From: Psammoneis japonica
Taxonomy: Eukaryota
Length of the DNA stretch: 64,000 nucleotides
Assembly (NCBI GenBank): GCA_008632985.1
Contig: QPGO01000021.1
Coordinates: 62,001-126,000 of the forward strand
Direction of reading: 5' to 3'
How positions within the stretch are numbered: the stretch's first letter is position 1; each line of letters opens with the position of its first letter. Below, one piece after another: positions 1-13,789 of the stretch. A program made the translations under genes and the position numbers. Below the pieces are notes generated by a model. It was not told the DNA's origin. It was given only the letters and a program-made list of their open reading frames with translations, and did no database searches.

Positions 1-720
1 AGTAAATAAACATTATGCCACGATGCTTAATAACACGAAAGACAACGCATCAATTATGGAAATAAAGGCGAATCAAAACTACTGTATGCTGGTAAGCATT
101 GTAAAAAGTAAATAGAAGTATGAAATGGAATTATAAGAGCATGCCAGTAGTTAAAAATTTACATACTAAATTTAAATTTATAAATATATGCGCATAGTTT
201 TATTTACATAAAAGACTTAGTGAGGAGAGAGAGCTCTATCTCTACCGGTACTCTCTATTTTCATCAACTTCGAGGTAGCAGTAGAGAGGACCAACTAGTA
301 GCTAGCTACTCATAGCTACTAGAGTAGCTCTAGAGCTAGCTACCTACTATAGTCTACTCTCTAGTAGAGAGTAGTACTAGAGAGTAGAGAAGCTGTAGCT
401 CTTGAGCTAAGTACGGTAGTACGTAGAAGTAGGTAAGCTCCTCACTCTCTAATTCTTGGTGGGAAAGCTACATGCTGGTAGATGGACGAGGGGGGTTGGG
501 TGCGCGTACTTGGGTTGGCCGCTTAAGTGGCAGAAGAGAGAGAGAGAGAGTGCTGCACTTTAGAGATAATAACCAACACTACGTTTGCACGACAACGCAC
601 AAAAAGGCTCAAGAACATAGACAAAGTGGTCAATCTCTCCCTAAACTCTCTAGAGCCTTTCGTCTTTTCAAGTGGTGATATTTGGTTTTTACTGCTCTTG
701 AAATGATTGAGACGCCATTC

Positions 721-3700
721 CTACGGACGAGCTTTCTTTGCCAACCGCGCAGAACGCCTGTAACCTACTGAAGGGGCGTCCTTTGTGGACGGAGCATTGG
801 AGCGGTTCCTTTGACCTCTGGTTGACGCGGCAGGCTTTATTGACTCGCCATCACTTCCGCGTTTCGCTTTACCTGAAAACCCGGCCTTTCGTTTCTTGGG
901 TGACAATTCCTCTTCAGATTCTAGCGCACTACTCCTGAGTTTTGACGTTCGTTTTGTATCCTTTGGCGTTGGCTGCTTCGTGCTGACCTCGTCCTCTTTG
1001 ATTCTCGATCGTTTTGTAGCCCTCTGTTTTTTCCTTGGCTCGTTTTCCTCCTCTGAATCTGATGCATGCTCCGCACGATGTCGCGCTATGCTCGGTGTTC
1101 GCCTCGAAGTCGTTGATCTAGTGGATGTCGCCTTACGCTTCTTCGGGGAAGATGATTCTTTTTCGTCGGATGTTTGTTTCTTTTGCCGATGTCTTGGGAG
1201 CGGTGGCCTCGATGATTTGTCTTTGTTGTTTCGGTCATCTTCGTCAACTTCTCCTTTGTTTGATTGCTTCGCTGCAGGAGCCAGACGCCTGTTCAATCTT
1301 CGTGTAGGAATGCCTGACTCCTCATCCCCATCAACATCTTCGACAGCATCCAGCTTCCCCATCTTACCTAGATTCTTCGCGGTGGAACCCTGGGAAGCTT
1401 GCGACATGCGCGCACGTATACGAGCTGAACTACGGGTTTTCACTGACGATCCTGGATACACCGGTTTAGCTTTGCGGCCACTGGACCCGGTAGCGGAGGG
1501 TTCATTATTTTCTCTTGACGATTCTTCTTCGACTCTAGACAGATTACGTTCATCTTCCTCTCGTGGAGTTGATGTTCTCCTCGTCCTTCTCGTCGAGCCA
1601 ACACTCGATGCCACAGATGGAGCAATGGACGACAAGGCGGGAGACGCCCCAGTCGTTGATGGAATTTCGATAGACTTAACCTGTGGTGAAAACTTGTGGC
1701 GCTCGTCGCCACGATCTAGAGATGGAGTGCCTCGAGAAGGCTCATCAATAGAAGCTCTGTTGTCGTGTGACCGAGTGTGCATGGCAGGTGAATCGAGTAC
1801 ATTAGAATCATCAATGGATCGCGTGTGAGCGCTACGATCTTCTGATTGAGTGCCTTGAGAAGGCTTATCAATAGCACCTTTGTTGTCGTGAGACCGAGTG
1901 CGCATGGCAGGTGAATCTAATACATGAGGGTCATCATGGGATCGTGTGTGAACGCCACGATCTTGAGATTGAGTGCCTCGAGCAGGCTCAACAACAGCAG
2001 CTTTGTCGTGAGACCGAGTGTGCATGGCAGGTGACTGAGGATCATCATGGGATCGTGTGTGAGCAACACGATCTTCAAATTGAGTGCCTCGAGAAGGCTT
2101 ATCAATAGCAGCTTTGTCGTGAGACCGAGTGTGCATAGAAGGTGAATCGAGTACATGATGATCATCATGGGATACCTCGTTCTTGCTGTTGTCCTCCGCT
2201 TGCGATCCAGTGTCGCTTCTTTCAACTGAATCGGCAGCTTCACCTGCTTCCTGGTCATGTGATCGAGTGTGCATGGAAGGTGTGTCAATGACTCCCTGCT
2301 GCTCAATTTCATTCTTGGGATGAAATACACCAGATTTTGTTTCAATAACATCTGAATCGTCGTCTGCCTCGGGATCAGTACGAGACCGCATCTGCGTGGA
2401 TGACGAGTCCAAAACTAGTACTTCACCCTGTGGGGCTGCGCTCTGTATCGGTGATCCAGCATTGCCTCGCTCACCTTCATCTTTATCTTCCGCTGCGTCT
2501 GCACCATGAGACCTACTGTGCATGGAAGGTGAGTCGTCCAGGACTTTCTCATGCTTGGGTTCGCCCTGGGTAGGAGAGACACCCGCTTCTGTTTCGGCGC
2601 TGTCTCCACCTCCTGCTGCTTCTGGATCACGCGACGAATCAGAGGCTTCATCCTGTAGGGTCTCACTCTTCATTGGTGAGTCAGTATCGCTTCGTTCACT
2701 TATGTCTGTGTCGTCAGCTCTTGGGTCATGAGATCGAGTGTGCATGGCCATTGATTCAGAGGTTTTCTCCTGCATGGTTTCGTTCTGGGTGGGAGAGAGA
2801 AGCACTTCTGTTTCTGCTATTTCTGTATCGTCGGCTGATTCGGAGTCACAAGACCGAGACGGAATCTGAATGGCAAATGTGTCAGAGGCTTCATCCTGTT
2901 GCGTTTCGCTCTGTGTCGGCAAGACAGCATCGCTTCGTTCACTTCGGATCGCGTATTCAGCTTCTGCGTCATGAGATCGAGCGTGTCTGGAAGGTGCGTC
3001 GACAGCTCTCTCTTCCTTAGCTTCGTTATCGGTCGGTGACAGACCCGCTTCTGGTTCAACGCTACATCCACCTTCTCCTTCTTGATCACGAGACGGAGTA
3101 TTCGTAACAGGCCAGCCAGAGGCTTCATCCTCCTGGGTTTCGATCTGCATCGGCGATTCAACAACGCTTCTTTCGTCTACGCCTGTGTCTTCGGCTTCTG
3201 CACCATGAGTTCGAGCGTTCATGGAAGGTGTGTCAAGGACTTCATCCTCTATGATTCCATTCTGAGGTTCGGGACCCGCTTCTGTTTCAGCAACACCTGC
3301 ATCGTCGGCTGCTTCGGGATCGCCAGACACAGTCTTTAAAGGCGAGTCAGAGGCTTTTCCCCGTTGGGTTTCGCTATGCATCGGTGAGTCGCCAACGCAT
3401 CGTTCACTTCCTTCTGCGTCGCTGGCTGCTTCTGGCTTCGGTGAAAGATCCGCTTCGGTTTCACTATCTGTATCGTCAGCCACTTCTGGATCACGAGATT
3501 GAATACATTCGTAGGCGCGAGATACTCCGACTCTTTCTGCTTCGTCAAATCTGTTTGCGATCGACTAGCATCGTTTTCGACCATTCCCGGCAACGCCTTG
3601 CTGTCGTCAGATGAGACAGGAGGTTTTGGCGACGAATGAATAACACTTGTGTCACTGCGTCTCGTTCTCTCTTGGCTTGCCGTTTCAGATTCAGAAGTAT

Positions 3701-6700
3701 CGCTCCCTCCTTTACTCGACAATGACTCTGGTTCCCTTTCTGCTGTTTCCGAAGCGTTCAACCCGCCGACATGGGTACCAGCACCAATATCTAGTTCTTC
3801 ATCTCGGTTCGGTGCGCTGTCTCCGTCTGCTAGGAGAGAGGAGTTATCGACATCGGCTTCGACTGAGCGTCTCTGGTCAGCTGCCGGGCCATTTGGTGGG
3901 TCTTTTCAACAACTTTTGCATCCGGTTGACCGTCCATGATTGTGTCATCGGTTTTGCTGAAATCCTTATCATCAACTTGAGAATCCGCTTTACCGTCTTC
4001 TGCTTCTGGTCTCTCCTGTATCGCTTCTTCTACCTTGTCGATGACGTTGTTTGCCTTGCACAGTACAACTTCTTCATGGCCGTCGACGATCTCAGTCTTC
4101 CCTAGATCAGACTCTCCTTCCGCATTGTCGAGATCAGGTGACCGATAGCGGTCATTTCCAATGCTCGATTCACGAGTCTCCTCAAACGCCTCGATATCCA
4201 TGTCTTCTTTCGGTGATTCTCCGCCGTGTGCATGGACCGATGATCGACTCCACGCCACAGAAGTTGAAATCTCAGCTTCCGATTTGCATTCAGCCTCTTC
4301 TTGCATGACTTCACTGTCCACCACGGCCCCTTCTCTTATACTAGCATCTTCGGCATACTCGCTGAGATAGGCAATGGCGTCAGAAGTAGCGGTGGCCGCG
4401 TTCGTGGTATCATCGACGGTCTTCGTTTTTCGTTCTGACTCAGTCGGCACCTTGCTCACAATTGGCCTGGTTTCGGTGTCGCTCAATTCGACACTTGAAG
4501 GAGCAACAGAGACACTCGTGTTGTCTTCGTGGTGTGCAGCATCTTCATCAGGTACTTTGCTGACAATCGTAGCAACCAGGGAAGCTTCCTTGCGATCAGG
4601 GCTGGGTTCTTTCTCTCCTGGATCACTGAAACGCTCTCGCTGTCTACTGGCGCTTGGTGGAGGCATTTCGGGGTTGGATGCATCAGCAGAGTCGGCGGGC
4701 TTTCGAACCGAGGCGTTTGCTAGCGCCAGCAAAGCCGAGGTCCCGTCAACGGCAGAACTCTCCTCATCATGAACTTCTATTTCAGACGCCGTATATTCAT
4801 CAGCTTCGTCCATGTCATTTTCTGAATACGGCAAGCGAGGCGTTGGCCTAACCAGCGGTGTAAGGTGCTCTCCATCGGATTCCTCGTCTTCTTCCTCCTC
4901 CTCTTCGAGTGCACTGCCTCGGAGACTTCCTCTTCTGTGAAGCCATATGCAGTATCTGGTTCGTAGCCCTTTTCATCTCCAACCCGGTCCTCTTCTGTGT
5001 ATCGATAGGCGGAGTCTTGTTCGTAACCCCTTTCGTCACGGCCGGTCTGTTCCGTGTCTTCTTCTTCTTCGTCGTCGTCGTCCAAAACAATGGCCTCCAC
5101 CTCCTCTTCACTTTGAGTGTCTTCTTCTTCGTACTCTTTGACATCTCCAATCTGTTCTTGCTCTTCCTCCTCGCTTTCTTCACGAACAGTTTCCATAGTC
5201 TGGGCGTTCGCTCCCTGGTCAGAGTCGTCAAAGAGATCGACCACTTCCTGAGGGTCCGCCGTTTCGTCATCTTCTCTGACAGCTACTGCTTTTTCAGGCT
5301 CTTCCTGGACGAGAACCTCGGAAGACGCCTCCGACTCAATCTCTTCCTCCTCCTCCTCCGATGAAGAATCAACAATGATAATCTCCGTGGTATTCCGTCT
5401 AGATTCAGCCTCTGTTGGTTCCTCGCGCACCGCAGTTTCAACCGCTTCAGCAACTTGTTGTGGCTCAATTTGTTCTCTTTCAGCTTCAGCGTCTGGCGGT
5501 GCAACTTGCTCTACTTCAGCAGACCCTTTTCTATCGGCTCGTTCTCTCGATATACACGTTCCATCAACGCTCCAACCGCAGCGTGCCCGTCTTCCTTCAG
5601 GCTGGCAGGAATGGCCGGCGGCTTTCGTAAAAACTCAAGGGCCCACCGCTTCACGTCACCCAACCACAAGGATGCAGAAGGAAAGGTCTCTCGCAAATAA
5701 GCAATACCGCCGCTGGTCCCATACTTGGCCATCATGCACCGCAGCACGGTTTGTTGCGCAGCTAGCGTGACATAGTTAACCTCATCGGGCGTGCTCGTCG
5801 GAGCTTGTGAAACATCCTGCACGAATTGCTGATAATACTCCAAAAATACATCCCGTCCAGCATTGCCCATGCTAGAAACAATGCTGAGAAGTAGAGACCT
5901 TTTCTCTTGATAGAGCTTCGTATGGGTGGCGTTCCCGTCAAGAAACAAGAACGACTTGCACTTGAGGAACTCCAAAATGCAACTCCAAGCCTTCATCTGC
6001 TCCTCCTCCGACAATATCCCCGGAGCGCGTTCCATGCGATTCGCAATTTCAATCGCTTGCTCCTCTCGTCCCAAGCAACAATTCAGAGTGATTTCCACCA
6101 AGAGTGGAAACCCTGGTGACAGAAGCTCCTCTTTCATACCACAACTCTCGTTGAATGGCACAATCGTCATTTGACTGTCTGTCGATTTGCGCTTGCGGGA
6201 AACCTTATTGAGCGGTGTTTCACTTGTCTTGCTCTGGACAAGACTATCCAGATGGGCAAATGCACCAGGCTTGAAATTGTTGCCCTCAATCATTAGCTTC
6301 AGAGCGGTGTGAGCTGTTTCTTCTTGTCCTTTTGTTTCGAGCTGGTAGGAATAGTCAAGCAAGACTTCAACAAACTTGGCAACCAAAGGATATCTAGGCA
6401 CACCCACTGCCGATTGGAGTAAGTGCAAAACGCTTTACAACACGAGAAAAGAGAAAACAATGAGTTAGAGAGTGCTTGATGGTTCCAATCCCACACAGGT
6501 TGTCGTAGCGAGAAGACTTACTTTGGAATTAGCAAGAGCTGAACTAGATTCTCAGGATCAAGCCCATCGAGAATAAGGGCACCACCATCAAGAAAGCATA
6601 TCCGCGGCGTACGTTCTCCCATTTGAGATGCATTCATCAAGATCTGCAAGCCATACAGCGCTACGCCTGCTTGAAAGTCCGATAAGAGCAAAGTTGGGAA

Positions 6701-7382
6701 AGACCTGGACAACAACTCCATCACGGTCGGTACGATTTGCTTGCCCCAATCCAAATTGTCCCTTTGTCCCAAAGCATGCATACGGAATGGGTCAACATGT
6801 AGGAAAGCGGAACCATCCATTCGGTGTGTACGGCTTGACGGTTCTTCCGCCAGGGTCGTTTCCACGCAGGTCCCTCGTCTTGCTGAGAAGAAAGCGCAGA
6901 CATAAGTGTGCAAGGCAAGTTCTGAACCAGCAGCGCTTCGTCCTGATTCTCTTTCATAATGTCAAACGAAAGTACCAGCTCTCTCAATAGACGTGCCCAT
7001 CACTACTGCTACAGTCCGCAATACACGGAACAAGGCTTTCCTGCAAAAAGCTCGAGCTATACTTTGAAACCAACTCCACCACGAGCGACACCATGCACGC
7101 TTGATACAAGTCCCACTGCGTACACTCATCCTCCCAAAGCCGCCGCTGCATATCATCTCGTATACGCGGCGCTTGTACTTGTAGTTGTTCCATCAACACA
7201 ATATCCTGCTCATTTTCCATCATCAAGGTCGTCACAGCCGCGCTTGCTGTATCCAAGGTCCAGTTCTTTTTGGGATTGACAAGAGCTCGTTTCTTCGAAT
7301 TGCGGTTTACCGTGTTTACAGCGTTCACCGCCGTCATGTCATTCTCTTCGTCGTCATTCATAATCGAAAACGACGACGACAT
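721..7382 (-). CDS. Very large protein of unknown function: helical N-terminal region plus long acidic/basic disordered C-terminus with SPxMHTRSH repeats (probably nuclear/chromatin-associated)
   Basis: Consecutive same-strand ORFs (6984-7382, 6721-6987, 6518-6913, 5511-6428, 4777-5430, 3830-4834, 3336-3761, 721-3483) read as one continuous protein across frame changes. There is one clear GTAAGT intron at ~6430-6520. The C-terminus is K/R-rich and ends RRSARLAKKARP. The frame changes are probably indel errors; two genes cannot be excluded. Confidence 0.6.
1727..2173. repeat. Coding tandem repeat, ~110-123 bp unit x ~3.7 (encodes DSPAMHTRSHD...PSRGTQ units)
   Basis: Units begin GTGCCT(C/T)GAG at ~1727, ~1850, ~1973 and ~2084 and share the core GACCGAGTG(T/C)GCAT. 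Confidence 0.9.
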
Positions 7383-7819
7383 GGCGACAATCAATGGAGA
7401 GAGAGAGTGACAGCGCCGCAACTATTGTTTTAACAGGGCAACGTCAATCCTCAAAATCCCCACGTTCAAAGTGCTGTTTGTCCGTTGTTTTGGAGTTTTG
7501 AGTCTGCACGCAGTTGCTGGACCGCGCGAGATCCGATTTTGCCGTACAACCCAGTATATATTTTACATACGTATTTTCACGGTATAATTTTATGTACGTA
7601 GTCATGACATTTCTCGCCCAAATGGGCACTCAGTCATGCTCCTAATCCATAAAATAGATAGTTAAGTCCCGCACTTTTTGGTCCTCACTCTCGGAGTTGG
7701 AACATAGCTACAGTGCCAAGGAAACTGCGCATCGTACAACACGATTACAGTGTAAAACACTACACTCGCCGTATCACTGTTTTTTCCCTATATCTTATTT
7801 ACAAGTGCTACACTCCTCA

Positions 7820-9848
7820 TCAATCCTCCTCACTCATGAGCTCTGACATGGCGCCGAGCCAAGCTTCGCCACCATCGTCTTGATCCAAGTAATCTTGCAT
7901 GGCCCGCTCCGCTGCTTGGGCACGTTCTTCTTGACGAGTTTGGAATTCAGGAATCTCAATAGGAGAGTTTTCCATCAATTCTTCCAAGGCGAGAAATTCG
8001 GGCGGTGTGGATGCCAATAAGTCGTGTGTAGACGACTCCTGGTCTTGCTGTTGTGCCGTTGTCGGTGTTGCAATGTCTTCTACTTTGACAGCTGCAGTCT
8101 CCTCCTTGCCCACGTCAAGAGAGTCTAATGACAAGGTCTCGTTATTGACGACAACATCCTTCACCTCGTCCTTAGAGTCGGCCTGCTCCACCTTTTTCGG
8201 TGCTTCCTTTACCCGTTCATTCCCACTCGTGGCAACACCGTAGTCTTGCTTCTCGTCGCGTGGCTGTAGCCCAATTGCGCCAAGAGATACCAACCCAAGG
8301 CACCAAGCGCCACAGCTCCCACGGGACGATCATTGCTTGTGGGTTGTCTCGCCACATTGGCTTCTTGTTGCTTTTGCTGTCGATCGGCTTCTTCTTGCCT
8401 TTTCCGCTCACGCCTTGATGCTTCCACCTCGTCTCTCCTCTTTTGCAGGGCCAATTGTTTTTCTTGTTCCGCAAGCTTTTTAATTTCTTGGAGTCTCGCC
8501 TCTTTTTGTTGTAAAGCAAGCGCTTCTGCCTCGTATTGTTGATCACGCACGTTGGTAATCTCTTGTGGATCTTGTGCTCGCAAATTGGCCAATTGCACAC
8601 GGCCACGCTCAATGGCATTTGCATAGTCCAGCGACGGCGTGGCTGGCATGGCGGCACGGACACTCTTGTACGTAATATCCAGTCGCAATTCACCGGGACG
8701 AAATTCCATTTCGTGTGCTCGATCCAACGGAATTCCGGCAATGAGACAACTCAGCACGGCGGGCCCCGTCCCGTCGGGAAAGACCAACATGATTTCATCG
8801 CCCGATAAAGACGTTTCCAACACTAATAACAAGAGAATGTACAGAGAAGAGAGCGTAAGAAGATTCTGTAAAGATCCATTCTTGCTTCAACCGTTGTACT
8901 TACGAGATATAAGTTGCCGAAGTCGGGTCACTTGGTTCCCCAATGTTTCGTTGGGCGTTCCATCTTCGTGCGCCGGTGGTCGACCGCCCTGGTTGAAAGA
9001 CGAAAACATTTATAGGTTCACATTGCTATGCTCGTTACTTGCACAACGATACGGATTAGCAACTCACCAATCCCTCTTTTCCTGCTTCTTGTACATCCAT
9101 GGCCCATACGGCTTCTTGCGTCGACTGGAGAGGAAGTCCATCCCATCGTCCAACACCTCGTTGATCCTGCGCGTGAGTAAGGAGCACAAGAATAACTTGA
9201 GCTATCAAAAACCAACAGAGTTATTGTCTTTTCACATCATTTTCAATCACTAGTACTACGTACCAAATAAGTATATTCCGGAACAAGTCGATTACGCCCA
9301 ACTTGCAGCTCGTTGGAAATCATGTCGGCCGTATCCATAGCGTTGGCCGCCAAACTGAATTTCAAGACACTCGGATTGATGTTGTGGAGTTCCATGAGTC
9401 GACACGCGTCTTGCACTTGGACCCGTCCCGTATCCGACAAGGCGTTTTCACGATTGGTTAAAAAGAGGGGATTGGTCGACAAGATGCCCTGCTCTTCCAA
9501 CAAGCTCTCGCCGGCACGCATGAAATGATAGGTATTCATGAGTCCCGATTTGCATGGGAATTGAACGAGACTTGCTCGAGCCGGAAGGGTGTTTCCCAAC
9601 AGAGCAAGCGGAAGAATGGATGTTGCCATAAATTTTCTTCTGGAAGGAAACGATTCGTCGTGTTCGTTCATTGTACCGAAGTTCATTACAAGGTTTGTTC
9701 GAAAAGTCAATCCAGACGAAATCTTTGCATGTAATGACCTCGTCGGCTTCAGAGCCATAAAGCTCGAGGAAACTGACACGTTCAGTGCCAGCAGCGCATA
9801 GCATAGTAATGGCTTTGAATACATTGTTTGTTGAATTGTAAATGCCAT
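7820..9848 (-). CDS. Plastid (thylakoid lumen)-targeted phosphoglycerate-mutase-like / histidine phosphatase superfamily protein
   Basis: N-terminus has a signal peptide ending VSSS-F, a transit peptide, and a twin-arginine RRKF...LPARA signal. Motifs YHFMRAGES, LVPEYTYL/DQRGVGRWDG, DGTPNET and LETSLSGDEIMLVFPD span four exons (~9260-9848, ~9060-9167, ~8905-8990, ~8823-7820, with a frame change near 8290). These match the plant chloroplast PGM-family type as I recall it. Confidence 0.8.
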
Positions 9849-10464
9849 CAATGTTCTTTCAAGCCAATCTCATGCTTTTCTCATCGGCAGAAGAATTCAG
9901 AATGAAACGAGAAACGAGAAAGCGACATCACAAAGAAAAGATCGAAGATATCGCAAGATAAAAATATAATACTGTATAAAATTCATATAAGCCGTTAAAG
10001 TTTAACGCCTCAAATTTTCTGGGCTGGCAACTTTTTCTGAAACATTGATACATCGGAAATAGCGCTTGCTGCAATGGCTTTTGGGTAAACCACACCGCTA
10101 CCTACTGTTCCCTCAAACGGAACCTGATGACATTGTAAATGAAGCTTCAGGATGAGGAAGTCGACATCGCAAGAAGAAGAGGCGCAACGAAAGCTCTTGT
10201 GTTGTAAAGCATGATGCAATTTTCGTTTGTGTGTATGCAGTCGCATGCTTGGTTCGTTGTGGGAGGAGTCGCAGTCATAATTCCATTCATAAAATGTGTT
10301 ACACATGATAGCATTCCATAGAAAAAAAGACGGTTGACATATTTTTGAATTCAAACGGGAGTTCAAAGTAAAATCTGAAGCAAGAGAATGGAAAATTCAA
10401 ACGATTGATTTCTCGTCTCACAGTTTCTCAAAAGAAGAAGAAGACTCGATCCAACAACAACAAT

Positions 10465-12160
10465 ATGACGGCTGGGCAATCCAAGTTGAGCATTGCGCAC
10501 GACCATTTTGTTCAATCCAAACGGCTTCTCAGTGGTAAGGTACCATTATTGTTCTGGTTGTATAGTACTCCGGCGGTGCAGTACTTTAGAGAAGTATTCT
10601 AATCTATCACTTATTCGCTCTTGGTTTTCAGGATTGGAAGTTGCGTCGAATCATCAACAACGACAGAGTGTCCTTCGGATTGCTACCCTTTCATTTGATC
10701 ACCATGCTATTGGCGTACACGATGAAGAGATTCGAGCCGGTGCACCCGCCGTTCTCTATCGCTCTCTTGAGATTGAGTTGAAGCAGCACAATGATGATGT
10801 GATGGAGGCGGTTCGTATCTGCAAGATTTTGAGCATGATTTATCGATGCTCCAACCCGCTTGCCACCAGTTCCATGCGTGACATTGGTTCTCCACTCGTA
10901 CGGACACTACTCGAGACGGGACATGCGCACGCAAGCTTTCGCATCGCAGCAGAAGATTTGATGGAACGATTTTCGTCCTTGGATTTGCCTCTTGAGCAGC
11001 TAAAAGAGCACGAGGAGCTACTCTCGTACCTTGTCGCAACGATGGAAAAACACAAGGATAAAGACAAGCAGTGGATCGTTTTGCACGCGACTCGCGTCTT
11101 GGCGGGTCTCACCAGGCACGCCGACAGCAAGCGCATGGCGTTTGCCTTTCCCGACCTTGTTCCGTTTGTCATTGAAATGGCACGAGACTCGGAGGATGCC
11201 GAACTGCGCCACGAAGCTGCGTTGGTGCTCCAGAATTTGGCGTGGGACGCCAAGAACAAGACCAAAATGGCTCGCATCCACAAGCAAACCTGTATTGGGG
11301 TCTTGGTGAAACTGTGTCGCGATGACTGGGACGAAACCCGTCTTGCCGCATTAAAGGCGTTAAAGTACCTGTCTGTCGAAGCCAGAAACAAGCCGCGGCT
11401 AGTCTTTCATGAGAATGGACAAGTTATTCGTGTCCTGATGGATACCATTCTCGACAAAACGGGTCCGCTCCTGCGCCGAACGTGTGCGTTTAGCACCTTG
11501 TCGAATTTGGTAACCCGAGAAACCTCCCACCGTATCGGACGTCAACCGGAACTCTTGATTCATTTAGCCAACATTGCTACTCAAGAAGACGAAGAAGAAT
11601 CGCTCTCCTTGATGGCAGCTCAAGTCATGACAAAACTGGCGACTCACGTCAATGTGCATTTTCGTTGTCACGTGTCGCTGTTTCAAGCCTTGGCAATCAT
11701 GTCCGAGAGCCAGTGTTTTGAAACCTTGTTGTGGACGTGCAAGGGTTACGTTCAGCAATCGCTCTTGCCGAGTTGTAACTTTTTCATGGCTCGTTGTCCT
11801 GCCGTGTTGGAGATTTTGGCGCGTCTTGTTTCCGTCAAGGACCACCACGTCCGGAGCACAGCACTCGAGGCATTAAAGAATCTTGCCAACGAGACGGCCA
11901 ATTGCAAAAAACTCGCAAACCATGCCAATATACTCGAGGCCTTGGTGGACGGCGCTACGGCTGAAGAACCGCAGCTCGGACGCCGACATGCCGTCCAGGC
12001 CCTTTTGAATCTCGCCAAGCATCGTGGCACGTGCAAACGGGTTGCAAAACAATTTGGGCTTTGCGCGGCTTTGGCAAGCTTTGGAGTGTCCCAAGATGCG
12101 GATAAAGACTTGAAGCGAGGTGCTTTAGAGGGAGTCTTGTTGCTTGCACCCTTTTTGTAG
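10465..12160 (+). CDS. Armadillo-repeat protein
   Basis: Exon 1 is 10465-10534; the GT..AG intron at 10535-10631 restores frame. Repeated ARM-like helices: AALVLQNLA, ALKALKYLS, ALEALKNLA, AVQALLNLA. Confidence 0.8.
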
Positions 12161-13789
12161 ATGTAAAACCATAAAGATAGCTGAAAGAATAATCTCCTGC
12201 CACACTCGTGCCTCTCGCTAGCGCAACACGAAACTTTTTGTGAGAGTGGCTAGAGAAAAAAGGCCATTGCATTGTCATTCATTCAGACTCCAGTTGAAGA
12301 AGAAAAAGGAAAGGAGAGAGTCTGGAGGGCCAGTCAGTGGAGGTCAATCCATCCAGAAGCCTGTGGAGACCTGACGTCACCACACTCTCTCTCTCTGCTT
12401 TCTGCACCTGGCATGTCACAACAATGTCACCAATGACCTCCACATCAATGAACTTGAGGGTGCCCATTCCCACACCAGTGGTCAAGGTGGATGAGACAGT
12501 GGTTTGTTGATGAGTGCAAGTTGGGTCATGGGCTGGGAGAACCGGGGGTTGGGAAGAATTGCAAATCAATGTTTTGGTTGGAAAACCAAAACACAACAAT
12601 GCAAAACAAGCCAAACACTGTCTTTGTGTGTGGCACCAAATTGTTGACAATCTTGTTGGCTGGTGTGTTGTTTTGCTTTATTCTGACTTTTGCTCTCATT
12701 CAAACACAGGCAGATCTTGTGGAAACTCAAAAAAAGGATGAGAGTTCTTCTCAAAGGCTTCTCAGTGGGTGACCTTCATTTCTGAGCACAGCAGTCAGAA
12801 AAGGCACAAAATGTGGGGCATGCATGGCAAGAAGGAGCTTTGCTTGCCATTGCACTGGTGCATGGGGAGTCAAGTGTGGCTGTGACACCAGATGCACTCA
12901 GAGAAAACTGCTCTTGACTGGAGAAAAATCAATTGGCACAACATGTGGAGCAAGTGTGACCACTCTTGTTTGCTGTGCGGCATGCCCAGGAAATTCACAC
13001 AAGCATTCAAGAAGCTTCCAAGCATGGAGCAACAGCCTCCAAGTGCAGCTCATCAAGAGCTGTTTGGGCTCACATTTTTCTTTGTGCAGCAGCAATCAGA
13101 GCACACAGGGTCACAGCAATGAAAGGCAGCAACTTGCAAGTCACACACAACACAAAAAAGATCATGGCTGTGAAAGCAGCAAGTGCCAGCTCATGACAAC
13201 AGCAGGTGGGTTTTTGCTGCAGAGCACAAAGCACATGCCAGCTGTTCTTGCTGTTGTCACTCTTGCTGCCTAAATTGCCTGTGTTTTTGACTCTGTGCAA
13301 AGGCAACAACTCAGTTTTCAAAAGTGCACACCCAACTGGCACAACACAGGTTTAGAGTGAAGAGTGCAGCCACTGTGATCTGTGAGGAGTTTGGGGGTGC
13401 ATGCAGCAGCACACCTGCTGTGCAGTTGTGTGAGAGGCATTTGCCAGCATCTGCAGCTTGCTTGGTTGCTGTTGTTGGCTTTGTTTTGTTCAGGTCTTTT
13501 CACCAGCCAGCTGATTTTGAAAATTGGGCTGCAGTTCACACACAAGCAAACTGTCAAAGAAGAGTTTTTTCAATGGTTGCTTGTGGCATCAACCAAAAAT
13601 GATGCATCAACAAAGCAGCAAAGTTGGGCCAAAAAGCACTCTGCCTTTGTGTCCAGCATTGAAAGCCCAGCTGCTGCAGCAATGTGCACAATTCTGTGCC
13701 CACACTTTTTGACAAGTCCAAGAGTGTGCCACCTGCTGCACAGGTGCAAATGACTTGAATCAAGCTGTGATTTGTGATTTCTCTTCTTC

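Noticed and set aside
1727..2173. Regularly spaced repeats resembling a CRISPR array
   Set aside because: The units are in-frame coding repeats without unique spacers, there are no cas genes, and the context is eukaryotic.
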